From a virus: DNA of 64,000 nt. A program made the position numbers and the translations under genes. Every line of letters starts with the position of its first letter. The stretch's first letter is position 1. The DNA lies in IMG/VR virus record IMGVR_UViG_3300034418_006582, positions 14,157 through 78,156 of that record, one strand, 5' to 3'. The notes under the pieces were generated by a model. The model saw only the letters and a program-made list of their open reading frames with translations, did not search any database and was not told where the DNA came from. This document shows positions 1 to 8,036 of the stretch, piece after piece.

Positions 1-240
1 TAAAGTGAAAAGAAAATTAATTAAATTAGTTATCAAAATATTGATAGAAAGATCAGATCTAGATCGTGATGATCTACACGAGATCTCAAAATATGCCGAT
101 AACATTATTGTAAGTAAATTTATAAGAGGTAAAAATTGATTTATATAATTCAAATTATATTGGAAAAACTTAAGGGCAAGAAGTAAAGCTGACACCATAA
201 GTTTTGAGAGAGGGGCTTACAAGCCCCTCTTTTTTTATTT

Positions 241-323
241 GAGATTGAAAATTTACATTAATGATAAGTCTTTTATTTGATCATGGTAAAAATCGAGATT
301 GAAAATGAGTATTAATAATGAGT
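241..323. repeat. Inter-cassette repeat, 2 copies (241, 295), core GAGATTGAAAAT-N6-TAATRATRAGT
   Basis: Two copies exactly 54 bp apart; same element recurs at 1452, 2213/2267, 4425/4479, 5471/5525, 7185. Confidence 0.9.
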
Positions 324-346
324 TTTTCATAGGATCATCGAAACAC

Positions 347-378
347 AAAAAAAAATGGGGATCCTAAGATCCCCATTT
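347..378 (-). terminator. Intrinsic terminator of cassette 393-1300
   Basis: AAATGGGGATC-CTAA-GATCCCCATTT hairpin with a U-tract on the minus strand, just past the 393 stop. Confidence 0.8.
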
Positions 379-392
379 GTATTGTTTGATTG

Positions 393-959
393 CTAAATTT
401 TTAAACGATCTTTTAACTGATGATCGGTATAGATCTCACCAGTCTCAAAATTCACACGATCATAATTGTATAAGTGATTAAACAAATCGACTTTTGATTT
501 GTCTAACTCTTTAACCATATGATCATAGATCCATTGAAAATTGATCAATAGAAAATTATGAAAATCAAGATTGCCAGTTGTTGATCTCTCATGCTTGATC
601 CATTTAGATCTGTAACTCTCTAAATGGCAATTTGAGTATGATACATCGAGGTTAAGACATTTACTACAACCTAACAACAATGCAATAGTCATGACATTTG
701 TATAAGTGTCTTTATTAACTCTTATATCGTAGATCGTATCGAATTGATCTCTATAGTCATTTTTTTCACCATTATTTTTACCGATACAATAATGAGTATA
801 AGAGGGATAGATCTTGCCATAAATGTTATTAACTTTTATTGGTAAATAATCTTGTCTCTTATAATCATCGAATCTTAGATCAACGATGATTGGCTTAAAG
901 TTTTCTAAAACATTTAAGATCATCGCATATTGATCTTTAGTTAAATTATGATCGATCAT
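393..959 (-). CDS. Hypothetical cassette protein (188 aa)
   Basis: ORF overlapping the upstream gene, followed by a terminator; very GATC-rich. Confidence 0.8.
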   Translation of the reverse strand: MIDHNLTKDQYAMILNVLENFKPIIVDLRFDDYKRQDYLPIKVNNIYGKIYPSYTHYCIGKNNGEKNDYRDQFDTIYDIRVNKDTYTNVMTIALLLGCSKCLNLDVSYSNCHLESYRSKWIKHERSTTGNLDFHNFLLINFQWIYDHMVKELDKSKVDLFNHLYNYDRVNFETGEIYTDHQLKDRLKI

Positions 960-1300
960 GATAAATTGATCTTATCTAAGATCTCATTGATCTTGTTTGC
1001 TTTAACTGGATCTTTAAAGACATCGTAATTGATCGCTTTAGAAAAACCAAAGGGATCATTTTGCGATAGATCCTCTTTTAAGATCTCAATATCCGTATCA
1101 CTTAAAGTTAGATCCTCTATGATCGTTTTATTGATTAATTCAAAACTAAACCAATTATCGATCTTTTGATCCTCTAACTCTTTTAGTAATAATTCTCTAG
1201 CAATAGTTTTACCTTGTTTTGTTGCAACAGATACAACCTTTTCGGTCTTATCCATTAACTTAACGAGATAGTCATATTGCCATAAGTTTTTATTGGGCAT
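956..1300 (-). CDS. Hypothetical cassette protein (114 aa)
   Basis: GAGG RBS and variant leader AGTAATTAA upstream. Confidence 0.8.
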   Translation of the reverse strand: MPNKNLWQYDYLVKLMDKTEKVVSVATKQGKTIARELLLKELEDQKIDNWFSFELINKTIIEDLTLSDTDIEILKEDLSQNDPFGFSKAINYDVFKDPVKANKINEILDKINLS

Positions 1301-1350
1301 AATTTCCTCTTTCTCTTAATTACTAATTTAAGCATATCACACATCGGCAA
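1301..1350 (-). promoter_or_regulatory. Cassette promoter/leader (TATGCT-N6-AGTAATT...GAGG)
   Basis: Minus strand reads TTGCCG-atgtgtga-TATGCT-taaatt-AGTAATTAAGAGAAAGAGG. Confidence 0.65.
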
Positions 1351-1410
1351 TTTATAAAAGTCAATAAATATAAACTTTTGGTTATGGTGATCGGTTAAGG
1401 TCTAAATTTA

Positions 1411-1440
1411 AAATCGCTTAAAACGGCTTAAAACGGCTTG
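1411..1440. repeat. 10-bp tandem repeat AAACGGCTTA x2-3
   Basis: aaatcgctta aaacggctta aaacggcttg; homologous tract at 4343-4364. Confidence 0.7.
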
Positions 1441-1451
1441 TTTAAAAAATC

Positions 1452-1480
1452 GAGATTGAAAATCAGCCTTAATGATAAGT
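1452..1480. repeat. Inter-cassette repeat, single copy
   Basis: GAGATTGAAAATCAGCCTTAATGATAAGT. Confidence 0.9.
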
Positions 1481-1550
1481 TTTTTAATGGATACTCAAAA
1501 AATGTGTTTTAAAATGAATCTCTTAAAATGGATCTAAAGAGGATATAAAG

Positions 1551-1580
1551 AAAGAGGATCCAGTAAAACTGGATCCTCTT
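1551..1580 (-). terminator. Terminator hairpin
   Basis: AAGAGGATCCAGT-AAA-ACTGGATCCTCTT past the 1601 stop. Confidence 0.75.
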
Positions 1581-1600
1581 ATTTGATTAGTAACCGATGT

Positions 1601-1852
1601 TTAAAACGGATCTGGTATTCTCAATTCATTTTGGAAGTATTCTAAATTTGCTTGAATTGTACTAGCTCTTTTAAAAGTCAATTCATTAAAATTAGAATTA
1701 AAATTTTCAAAGACTTCGATCATATGCCGTTCTAATACTGATAATTCATAGATCATTTTGAATTTAGTATCTAGATCATAATTTCTAAATTTGATCGCTG
1801 ATACTCTAACCTTTAGAATTTTTGCTATCGCTATAAAATGTTTTTTAGTCAT
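1601..1852 (-). CDS. Hypothetical protein (83 aa)
   Basis: ORF with RBS; MTKKHFIAIA start of a type common in small phage proteins. Confidence 0.75.
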   Translation of the reverse strand: MTKKHFIAIAKILKVRVSAIKFRNYDLDTKFKMIYELSVLERHMIEVFENFNSNFNELTFKRASTIQANLEYFQNELRIPDPF

Positions 1853-1854
1853 TT

Positions 1855-2094
1855 TTAACCTCTTTCTATTTTTCTATATGTATCTAAAGAATTGTAATTT
1901 TCTTTAATTAATTTGCTAACCTTAACAACTCTATAAACTCTTTTACATGTGATTGGATCACTTATAAACATTTTTACAGAATTGCACTCACCTATTGAGT
2001 TATGATCAGCACAACCGTCAGCTTTCTTTTCTAAAATGAAAAAAAACTGATCACCGTATTTTTTTCCTATTTGATCTAAAGTCATAAACTTCAT
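1855..2094 (-). CDS. Hypothetical protein (79 aa)
   Basis: First gene after leader AGTAATCGAAAAGAAAGAGG. Confidence 0.75.
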   Translation of the reverse strand: MKFMTLDQIGKKYGDQFFFILEKKADGCADHNSIGECNSVKMFISDPITCKRVYRVVKVSKLIKENYNSLDTYRKIERG

Positions 2095-2100
2095 TGATCA

Positions 2101-2148
2101 CCTCTTTCTTTTCGATTACTGATCTAAGCATATCACAACTATGCAATT
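2101..2148 (-). promoter_or_regulatory. Cassette promoter/leader
   Basis: TTGCAT-agttgtga-TATGCT-tagatc-AGTAATCGA...GAGG. Confidence 0.7.
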
Positions 2149-2212
2149 AATTCACTTAAAAAATAATTATTTATTTGAGTAAAAGAGGATCTAAAGAGGA
2201 TCTAGAAAAAAC

Positions 2213-2295
2213 GCGATTGAAAATCTGTCATAATGATAAGTTTTTTAATTGATAAGCGAAATAATCGAGATTGAAAATGGCCTTTAATGATAAGT
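2213..2295. repeat. Inter-cassette repeat, 2 copies (2213, 2267)
   Basis: 54-bp spacing, same core. Confidence 0.9.
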
Positions 2296-2390
2296 TTTTT
2301 ATTTGAGGCTCGAAATTAAGATATTTTAGATTTAGCTGAAGTTGATCCAGTATTGCCAAATTTAATATTGCGTTGAGAGATCCGTGGCAT

Positions 2391-2417
2391 AAAAAAAGTG
2401 GGGCATAAAGCCCCACT
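2391..2417 (-). terminator. Intrinsic terminator
   Basis: AGTGGGGC-ATAAA-GCCCCACT with a U-tract on the minus strand. Confidence 0.8.
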
Positions 2418-2437
2418 CAATCGATATTACTTTATTT

Positions 2438-2785
2438 TTAACTGTGACAAGTTACGACAAAAGCACATAATCTTTCTTTTATCGCTAAGTCCTCAGGCTT
2501 AGTACCTCGCAAGAGCTTATCCAACTCAGTCAAATCACCGTACTTTCCTCTGAAGTCGATATAAATTTGCTCATCTGCCTCATCGCCTAGAGCTTTAAAC
2601 AGACTTTCCAAACTGTCTATTGCTTTCAACTCAACAGATTTTCTTTCAGGTATTTCTATACTGTCATATTGTCCACCGTACTCAGTTTGTTTTTCGTACC
2701 AGTCAAGAATATTGCATGGCAAAAAGCCATTTTTAACACTCCAAACATGGTCGACAGTAGAAACACCAATGCCGTTTGTCCACAT
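2438..2785 (-). CDS. Hypothetical protein (115 aa)
   Basis: Single-gene cassette with leader and terminator. Confidence 0.8.
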   Translation of the reverse strand: MWTNGIGVSTVDHVWSVKNGFLPCNILDWYEKQTEYGGQYDSIEIPERKSVELKAIDSLESLFKALGDEADEQIYIDFRGKYGDLTELDKLLRGTKPEDLAIKERLCAFVVTCHS

Positions 2786-2804
2786 TTTATTTTTCCTTTT
2801 TTTA

Positions 2805-2849
2805 GTCGATTACTAATTTTAATTATAATTGCCTTTTACTTATATGCAA
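2805..2849 (-). promoter_or_regulatory. Cassette promoter TTGCAT-16-TATAAT-N7-AGTAATCGA
   Basis: Read from the reverse complement. Confidence 0.8.
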
Positions 2850-2925
2850 TAACATTTTTGCAATTAAAGATCCGTGGATAAAATGCAGAGTTAGATCTAA
2901 TTTTGCCTTGGATCTTTAACTGCAT

Positions 2926-2958
2926 AAAAAAAAGAGGTTGGACAAACCAACCTCTTTT
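2926..2958 (-). terminator. Intrinsic terminator
   Basis: AAAGAGGTTGG-ACAAA-CCAACCTCTTT. Confidence 0.8.
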
Positions 2959-2975
2959 AATTTTGGCAGAGCTGC

Positions 2976-3554
2976 TTAAGCTATTTCAATAGCCTCGCCC
3001 TCTAAAGTCCAAACAGTTTCGCCAGTATCTAGGTCGCCGAAATTTTCAAAATACCACTCAGTCCAAAACCAGTTATCAAGCCCACCACCAAAGTTCTTTT
3101 CGCCAGTTTTAGTATCAATAAGCCTGTGCCACTCTTTTGTATTCATTTCTATGCCACCGAACTCATCAGCCCTTTCAATTAAAGAGATGATGAAGTTTCT
3201 ATTCTCAACTGTTTCCTCATTTAGCAGAGTTAGATCTAAATTAGGCAAGTGCATATCATGGCAATTACAGTTATCATACTTTTCGCAATCTCTCACTTCA
3301 CACTCTCTTGAGCAAATCACACTGATATCGCCAATTAAGTAACCCTCATTTATGCCTTTACCACAATCATCGACTTCGCAATGTCTAGGGTAAACTGTTA
3401 AGGTTTCAACTTCTTTTAAACAAGTATCGCACCAAGTTTTGCCATTTCCAACTGGTTCGCCTACCTCGGATCTATATAAGCCAACCCAGTATTGCTTGCT
3501 TAATGTTCCGAAACTTTTGCAAGTTCCACATATCTCAACGGTTTTTTCGTCCAT
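2976..3554 (-). CDS. Cys-rich hypothetical protein, probably Zn-binding
   Basis: CGTC, CDTC, CEVDDC and CSREC motifs. Confidence 0.75.
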   Translation of the reverse strand: MDEKTVEICGTCKSFGTLSKQYWVGLYRSEVGEPVGNGKTWCDTCLKEVETLTVYPRHCEVDDCGKGINEGYLIGDISVICSRECEVRDCEKYDNCNCHDMHLPNLDLTLLNEETVENRNFIISLIERADEFGGIEMNTKEWHRLIDTKTGEKNFGGGLDNWFWTEWYFENFGDLDTGETVWTLEGEAIEIA

Positions 3555-3802
3555 TATTTATTCCTCTCTATACAAGTTTCACACTCAAACTCAGGACCAC
3601 TACACCATGAGCAGTAACACTCATCGAATAAGCCCTCAGCATGTTGGCAACAAGTTGCACTATCAAAAGCATGAGTTTCCAATTCAACTGGATAAGTCTT
3701 AAACATATATCTGTCTAATACTTTTCCAGTAAACTCCCAAACACCTAAAAGCAAAAATGCAATCACGGTTATTGAGAATATAAGAAAAAATGCGTTTTCC
3801 AT
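3554..3802 (-). CDS. Small membrane protein with a Cys-rich C-terminus
   Basis: N-terminal hydrophobic helix; CC, CYCSWC and CETC. Confidence 0.7.
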   Translation of the reverse strand: MENAFFLIFSITVIAFLLLGVWEFTGKVLDRYMFKTYPVELETHAFDSATCCQHAEGLFDECYCSWCSGPEFECETCIERNK

Positions 3803-3816
3803 TTTTTATCCTTTCA

Positions 3817-3861
3817 ATCGATTACTAATTTAATTTTGATCACTTTTTGCTATTTTGTCAA
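3817..3861 (-). promoter_or_regulatory. Cassette promoter TTGACA-17-CAAAAT-N6-AGTAATCGA
   Basis: Read from the reverse complement. Confidence 0.75.
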
Positions 3862-4235
3862 GAATAGAAATAGAACTCATAATTATCTCGAAGTTCTTTG
3901 TAGTCTTTCTTTTCCTGACAATCATGATCTCTGTCTGCAAAATACAAAGTTGGAGTTCTGCAAAAGTCACAGACATGATGATGAATTGCAAAAGAAAAAT
4001 CGTCACGAGTTGTTATTGTAAAAGCCAACCAACCCAAGTCAGTATAAACTTTTATATCTACACCTGGGAAACTATGATTTTTTAAATAGTGTTCTGCACT
4101 AAAAACAAGTTGTTCCAAATGTTCTGCACTTTTCAACTTTGTATCATCAACAGAATATTTTTCAATATAAGTTTCTTGTGCAAATGAGTTATCGCCTTTA
4201 ACTCCGATTTTAAATTTATATTTTCTTTGTTTCAT
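3858..4235 (-). CDS. Hypothetical protein (125 aa)
   Basis: Leader AGTAATCGATAAAGAGG upstream; CDFC...HDC. Confidence 0.75.
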   Translation of the reverse strand: MKQRKYKFKIGVKGDNSFAQETYIEKYSVDDTKLKSAEHLEQLVFSAEHYLKNHSFPGVDIKVYTDLGWLAFTITTRDDFSFAIHHHVCDFCRTPTLYFADRDHDCQEKKDYKELRDNYEFYFYS

Positions 4236-4240
4236 TTTTA

Positions 4241-4284
4241 CCTCTTTATCGATTACTACTTATTAGAATAACACTATTTTGCAA
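4241..4284 (-). promoter_or_regulatory. Cassette promoter/leader
   Basis: TTGCAA-aatagtgt-TATTCT-N7-AGTAATCGA. Confidence 0.7.
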
Positions 4285-4424
4285 TTAAAGATCCGTGTTA
4301 TCTATAAATATCTGTGCAGTCCAGTCAAGGTCCAAAAATTCTAAACGCTTAAAACGGCTTAAAAGTGCCTGTTTTTTTCAAGTTTTTACAAAATTAGCAA
4401 TCCTGGATCAAATTCAGCAAATTT

Positions 4425-4507
4425 GCGATTGAGAATTAGTCTTAATGATTAGTCATTTATTTGATAATTAAAACAATTGAGATTGAAAATGTATGTTAAT
4501 GATGAGT
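4425..4507. repeat. Inter-cassette repeat, 2 copies (4425, 4479)
   Basis: 54-bp spacing. Confidence 0.9.
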
Positions 4508-4550
4508 TTTTTATTTGATACTCAGAATTGAGCCATGGATCTTTTAGTGC

Positions 4551-4580
4551 AAAAAAAAAGCGAGGTCGAAACCTCGCTCT
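4551..4580 (-). terminator. Intrinsic terminator
   Basis: AGCGAGGT-CGAA-ACCTCGCT (UUCG loop on the minus strand) plus U-tract. Confidence 0.85.
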
Positions 4581-4597
4581 TTTTTATTTAATGCGAC

Positions 4598-5008
4598 CTA
4601 TAACATATCAGCAATTTGGTTTTCATATTCAGAATAAAAAGTTTCAAATTCCTCATTGGTCAATTTATTTTCATGACTTAACGACATGCAAGACTTTTGT
4701 ATTAAATCCGTAATTGAATTTCGGTTTGCACTTAAGTTAGGATTGTAACAATCAAGCCAAAACAAAAAATGGTCTGTCCTCATTTTGTAAGTTTCGACTA
4801 TTTCATTTTTGGCTAAAGAATACTTTTGGCATAAAGTCCAAAAGTCTGGCTCAGGTTGAGTTAAACAATCAAACAACCATAAATCATAACTATGAGTTTC
4901 TGAATTATGTGCCTCAATATCTCTACTGTCAAACATAAGAATATAGTTTGACATGTCTAAATTAGGCACAACAAACAACTGTTTCATATTGTCCCAAATA
5001 TTTTCCAT
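4598..5008 (-). CDS. Hypothetical protein (136 aa)
   Basis: ORF with GGGG RBS inside the cassette. Confidence 0.75.
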   Translation of the reverse strand: MENIWDNMKQLFVVPNLDMSNYILMFDSRDIEAHNSETHSYDLWLFDCLTQPEPDFWTLCQKYSLAKNEIVETYKMRTDHFLFWLDCYNPNLSANRNSITDLIQKSCMSLSHENKLTNEEFETFYSEYENQIADML

Positions 5009-5018
5009 TATTCCCCCT

Positions 5019-5300
5019 TTAACTTTTGTAATAGTTATTTATTGCGTTTTGCATTACGCTATCTTTTACAAAAAATTCATCAACTTCTACATTGTCAACA
5101 AACTTTTGTACATTGTAATTAAATTCCCAGTATTTTTTTTCCTCAAATGAAGTATGGTATTCATCATATTGGATTAACCATATGGTCTTACTACTACCTG
5201 GGATTATTTGTAAATCACGAAAACATAATTCCTCAAATAAAATCCAGCAATCGTTTTCAAAATTAACTGGATTTTTTTTAGTGTATTTTGGCTTAGCCAT
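5019..5300 (-). CDS. Hypothetical protein (93 aa)
   Basis: Leader and GAGG RBS upstream. Confidence 0.75.
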   Translation of the reverse strand: MAKPKYTKKNPVNFENDCWILFEELCFRDLQIIPGSSKTIWLIQYDEYHTSFEEKKYWEFNYNVQKFVDNVEVDEFFVKDSVMQNAINNYYKS

Positions 5301-5316
5301 TTTTTACCTCTTTTTA

Positions 5317-5362
5317 ATCGATTACTAATAACCATTATAGTTGCATATTTGTCTTATGCAAT
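5317..5362 (-). promoter_or_regulatory. Cassette promoter TTGCAT-16-TATAAT-N7-AGTAATCGA
   Basis: Read from the reverse complement. Confidence 0.8.
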
Positions 5363-5470
5363 TCAAAAATCTCTGAGATCCGTGTAAAAAAAAAATTGAT
5401 CACAAATAGCAAAACTGGATCCGTGTTTTGTAAAACTGGCCAAATTGCTGCAAAGCTGACGAAACAAAAC

Positions 5471-5553
5471 GAGATTGAAAATGTCTTATAATGATTAGTC
5501 CTTTAAGTGAAACTAGAGAGAATTGAGATTGAAAATGTGTATTAATAATAAGT
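5471..5553. repeat. Inter-cassette repeat, 2 copies (5471, 5525)
   Basis: 54-bp spacing. Confidence 0.9.
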
Positions 5554-5607
5554 TTTAAATTTGAAGATCGAAACTTAGATTTGTTTAAATACTGGTAAAA
5601 AAGAGAC

Positions 5608-5639
5608 AAAAAAAAAGAGGGCTTTAAACCCTCTTTTTT
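5608..5639 (-). terminator. Intrinsic terminator
   Basis: AAAAAGAGGG-CTTTAAA-CCCTCTTTTT. Confidence 0.75.
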
Positions 5640-5696
5640 AATTTTATTTGATTAATTAGCGCTTTAATTTCTCAAATATGATTTCTACAATATATT

Positions 5697-5954
5697 TCAT
5701 AATCTCCTCTCTTTTAATCGTTTTACTATTTCCTCGTATCTTTCATGGTTTAAACCAACTTCATGATCTTCTAATTCTTTAGCACCAACTTCATCATTCC
5801 ATTCATAAAGGGCATCTAATAGATTTTCATAAATATTTGGTCTTCTATATCTTGTGATAATTTTGGTTAACATGTCGAAGATCATCCCCAACATGAAACC
5901 AAAACCAAACATCAAAATTAAACCGTTAACAGATAGCATGTTTATATCTCCCAA
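5697..5954 (-). CDS. Small membrane protein
   Basis: N-terminal hydrophobic helix; true start probably MLSVNG. Confidence 0.7.
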   Translation of the reverse strand: MGDINMLSVNGLILMFGFGFMLGMIFDMLTKIITRYRRPNIYENLLDALYEWNDEVGAKELEDHEVGLNHERYEEIVKRLKERRL

Positions 5955-6286
5955 TTTTGTCTAATATCTTCTTTTTCTTTACCTTTTGCACTATCCCAAG
6001 AATTAAAGATCTCCAGTTCTTTCTCACTTAATAACTCAAGGGCAAACGATAAAGATTCTTTTATTGTTTCTATTTCTTTAGAAAATTTATTTAATTGATT
6101 TCCTAAATACTTAGCGCCATTATAAAATCCTGCGTCATACTCATTTGTTGAATCACAATCCATCACATACTCGAGTACTTCATCAAAATTTCTTAAACCC
6201 ATTCCACTTAAATCGGTAAAATTTTCACCTTCAAAATCTTCTCTAATTTCTTGAATTAGTTCTTCGATCTTCTCGTTTAATGTCAT
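5942..6286 (-). CDS. Acidic hypothetical protein (114 aa)
   Basis: GGAGG RBS; ATGA overlap with the upstream ORF. Confidence 0.75.
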   Translation of the reverse strand: MTLNEKIEELIQEIREDFEGENFTDLSGMGLRNFDEVLEYVMDCDSTNEYDAGFYNGAKYLGNQLNKFSKEIETIKESLSFALELLSEKELEIFNSWDSAKGKEKEDIRQNWEI

Positions 6287-6438
6287 TCTTCCTCCCCTAT
6301 AACTATAGTATCAGTTTCCGATTCACAATTATGGCAGTACTCCTCCCCAGCACCGTCTATAATTGTGTCATCGTTTAAATTTTGCCATATATCCGTATAA
6401 ACATCTTTCGAGCCACACCCACTGCAAACATACGGCAT
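6283..6438 (-). CDS. Zn-ribbon microprotein (51 aa, not in ORF track)
   Basis: Hand translation MPYVCSGCGSKDVY...EYCHNCESE; fills the gap between neighbours. Confidence 0.7.
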   Translation of the reverse strand: MPYVCSGCGSKDVYTDIWQNLNDDTIIDGAGEEYCHNCESETDTIVIGEEE

Positions 6439-6439
6439 T

Positions 6440-6706
6440 TTATTGTCTATCTTTCTTTAATTTGATTTCATTAATAATACTTTTGCTACCGTTCCACGCT
6501 CCAGTTGTTATTAATTCAACTTCAAACCCCAAACCCTCTAACCAACTATTGATTTCATTTTCAATAGCTGTCGCAATATTAAAGGGATGATCTTCGACTT
6601 CATAATCTTCATTGTGTTGAAGATCATGAACTTCTAAATCTACATTTTCATCCAGTTTTAAAACTAGCTTATATTCAAAATGTAGGTTATCTAATTTGAT
6701 TAGCAT
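6440..6706 (-). CDS. Acidic hypothetical protein (88 aa)
   Basis: Leader AGTAATCGAAAAAGAGG upstream. Confidence 0.75.
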   Translation of the reverse strand: MLIKLDNLHFEYKLVLKLDENVDLEVHDLQHNEDYEVEDHPFNIATAIENEINSWLEGLGFEVELITTGAWNGSKSIINEIKLKKDRQ

Positions 6707-6711
6707 ATTTA

Positions 6712-6763
6712 CCTCTTTTTCGATTACTTATTTAATTATTGATCAACTTCTGATTTATGTCAA
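6712..6763 (-). promoter_or_regulatory. Cassette promoter TTGACA-17-AATAAT-N6-AGTAATCGA
   Basis: Read from the reverse complement. Confidence 0.75.
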
Positions 6764-6907
6764 CAACCTTTTTAAATTATTTTCCAAACGGTCTAAACGG
6801 TCTAATAGTTCTTTATGTTGTAACCTTTTAAAATCAATATAAAGATAAATTAAACCAACTAAAGAAGCTAATATCAATAAACTTAAAAGCAATTCTAAAA
6901 GATTCAT
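6755..6907 (-). CDS. Small single-TM protein (50 aa, not in ORF track)
   Basis: Hand translation MNLLELLLSLLILASLVGLIYLYIDFKRL...; ATGA overlap with the 6904 ORF. Confidence 0.6.
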   Translation of the reverse strand: MNLLELLLSLLILASLVGLIYLYIDFKRLQHKELLDRLDRLENNLKRLLT

Positions 6908-7095
6908 TGATGGAGACCACTTCGACAAAATGCCACTTTATAATTAAACTTGCCCTCTATTGAGATCTCCAATTCATAAGAACATATTGGGCAATATTCA
7001 GCAAAGAGATTTATATCTTTTCTAGTTCTATTTTTAACTTGCTTATTTCCTACTCTTTTTCGGTCAATAAGTCTTTTAATGTTTCTCATCATCAT
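6904..7095 (-). CDS. Basic small protein with CPIC/CxxxxH
   Basis: ORF; possible Zn finger. Confidence 0.55.
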   Translation of the reverse strand: MMMRNIKRLIDRKRVGNKQVKNRTRKDINLFAEYCPICSYELEISIEGKFNYKVAFCRSGLHQ

Positions 7096-7184
7096 TAGTT
7101 ACTAGTGACAAGTTATTAAAAATTTGACCATTTTTTAAAAAAAAGAATTAGATCATGTGAATTAAAAAAGTAAACAAAAAAAAC

Positions 7185-7213
7185 GAGATTGAAAATGAGT
7201 CTTAATGATGAGT
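7185..7213. repeat. Inter-cassette repeat, single copy
   Basis: GAGATTGAAAATGAGTCTTAATGATGAGT; 3' flank matches the copy at 295. Confidence 0.9.
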
Positions 7214-7269
7214 TTTTTATAGGATCATAGGAAATGCTGTCAGATTATTAAGAGCTAAAAAAAGACAAT

Positions 7270-7298
7270 AAAAAAAGTGGGGTATGAAACCCCACTTT
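7270..7298 (-). terminator. Intrinsic terminator
   Basis: AAAGTGGGGT-ATGAA-ACCCCACTTT. Confidence 0.8.
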
Positions 7299-7319
7299 AA
7301 AAATAAATTAAATTATTTT

Positions 7320-7694
7320 TTAAATTAACTTTGATTGATCATCTAAGAAACAACTATTTAAAAAACCGATCATTAATCTTTGATCCGTCTTAGTAGTTGC
7401 AACATTAACAAACGGCATAAACCAATCTTGATATTGAGCCTGAATATCTTTAATCAAACCATTTTCATCAGTTGACCAGATCCAGCGATAAGCACCACCA
7501 CCCCACGAGATCAAAATGCCCTCGATATAACCAGCCTTTACATCTTGTCTAGTTAATCTAGTGTGATCAAGTTTTTCCAAAGCGTACCATTTACCGTTTT
7601 CTTTTATTTCTTTTGCTAATTCTTTCAAATAACTTTTGTGGTATTTGGTTCCCTCAACATGTAATTTTTCTAGTGTTTCAGCCATTATTTCCAC
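7320..7694 (-). CDS. Hypothetical protein with ISWGGG...YQDWF motif
   Basis: Motif resembles a recurring small phage family; function unknown. Confidence 0.75.
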   Translation of the reverse strand: MEIMAETLEKLHVEGTKYHKSYLKELAKEIKENGKWYALEKLDHTRLTRQDVKAGYIEGILISWGGGAYRWIWSTDENGLIKDIQAQYQDWFMPFVNVATTKTDQRLMIGFLNSCFLDDQSKLI

Positions 7695-8035
7695 CCCCTA
7701 AATGTGCTATAACTTTGCCAAAATTCAGTAGTTAGATCGATTAATATTTTTCCATTTTCATCAAAAATATTTGTTTCTAACATTGAATTTAAAACTTCAG
7801 AAAAATTATTTTTTGACAATAATTCTTTAGCAAGTTTCTTGTTTTTATTTGCTTGAATATGTGAAAACATTAACGCAACTATTTCATGTGTTGCGCCATA
7901 TTTTTCCATAAGATCCAAAGTCATATTTATATAGTGCTTAAAAGTTATATCCTTGTTTTTAAATTTACTTTCAATAACATAAAGCTGGTACAGTCTGACT
8001 TGATCGCCAGTCAAACCAATATTTAATTCAGTCAT
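7685..8035 (-). CDS. Hypothetical protein (116 aa)
   Basis: ORF in cassette. Confidence 0.7.
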   Translation of the reverse strand: MTELNIGLTGDQVRLYQLYVIESKFKNKDITFKHYINMTLDLMEKYGATHEIVALMFSHIQANKNKKLAKELLSKNNFSEVLNSMLETNIFDENGKILIDLTTEFWQSYSTFRGWK

Positions 8036-8036
8036 T

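Noticed and set aside
241-5553. Repeat pairs as CRISPR mini-arrays or solitary repeat units (GTYTTT...ATTGAAA, 37 nt)
   Set aside because: Internal positions vary between copies, the would-be spacers are partly conserved, there is no hairpin, and no cas genes are present
2228-5609. ORF-track entries 2228-2416, 4528-4713, 5400-5609 and the plus-strand ORFs in the array
   Set aside because: They overlap repeats or terminators, or shadow better minus-strand genes, and lack an RBS
6786-6805. AAACGGTCT x2 as a third decamer site
   Set aside because: Explained by LDRLDRL codons of ORF 6755-6907
241-7213. Repeat as a plus-strand promoter (TTGAAA as -35)
   Set aside because: No -10 at 16-18 bp spacing and no plus-strand genes follow
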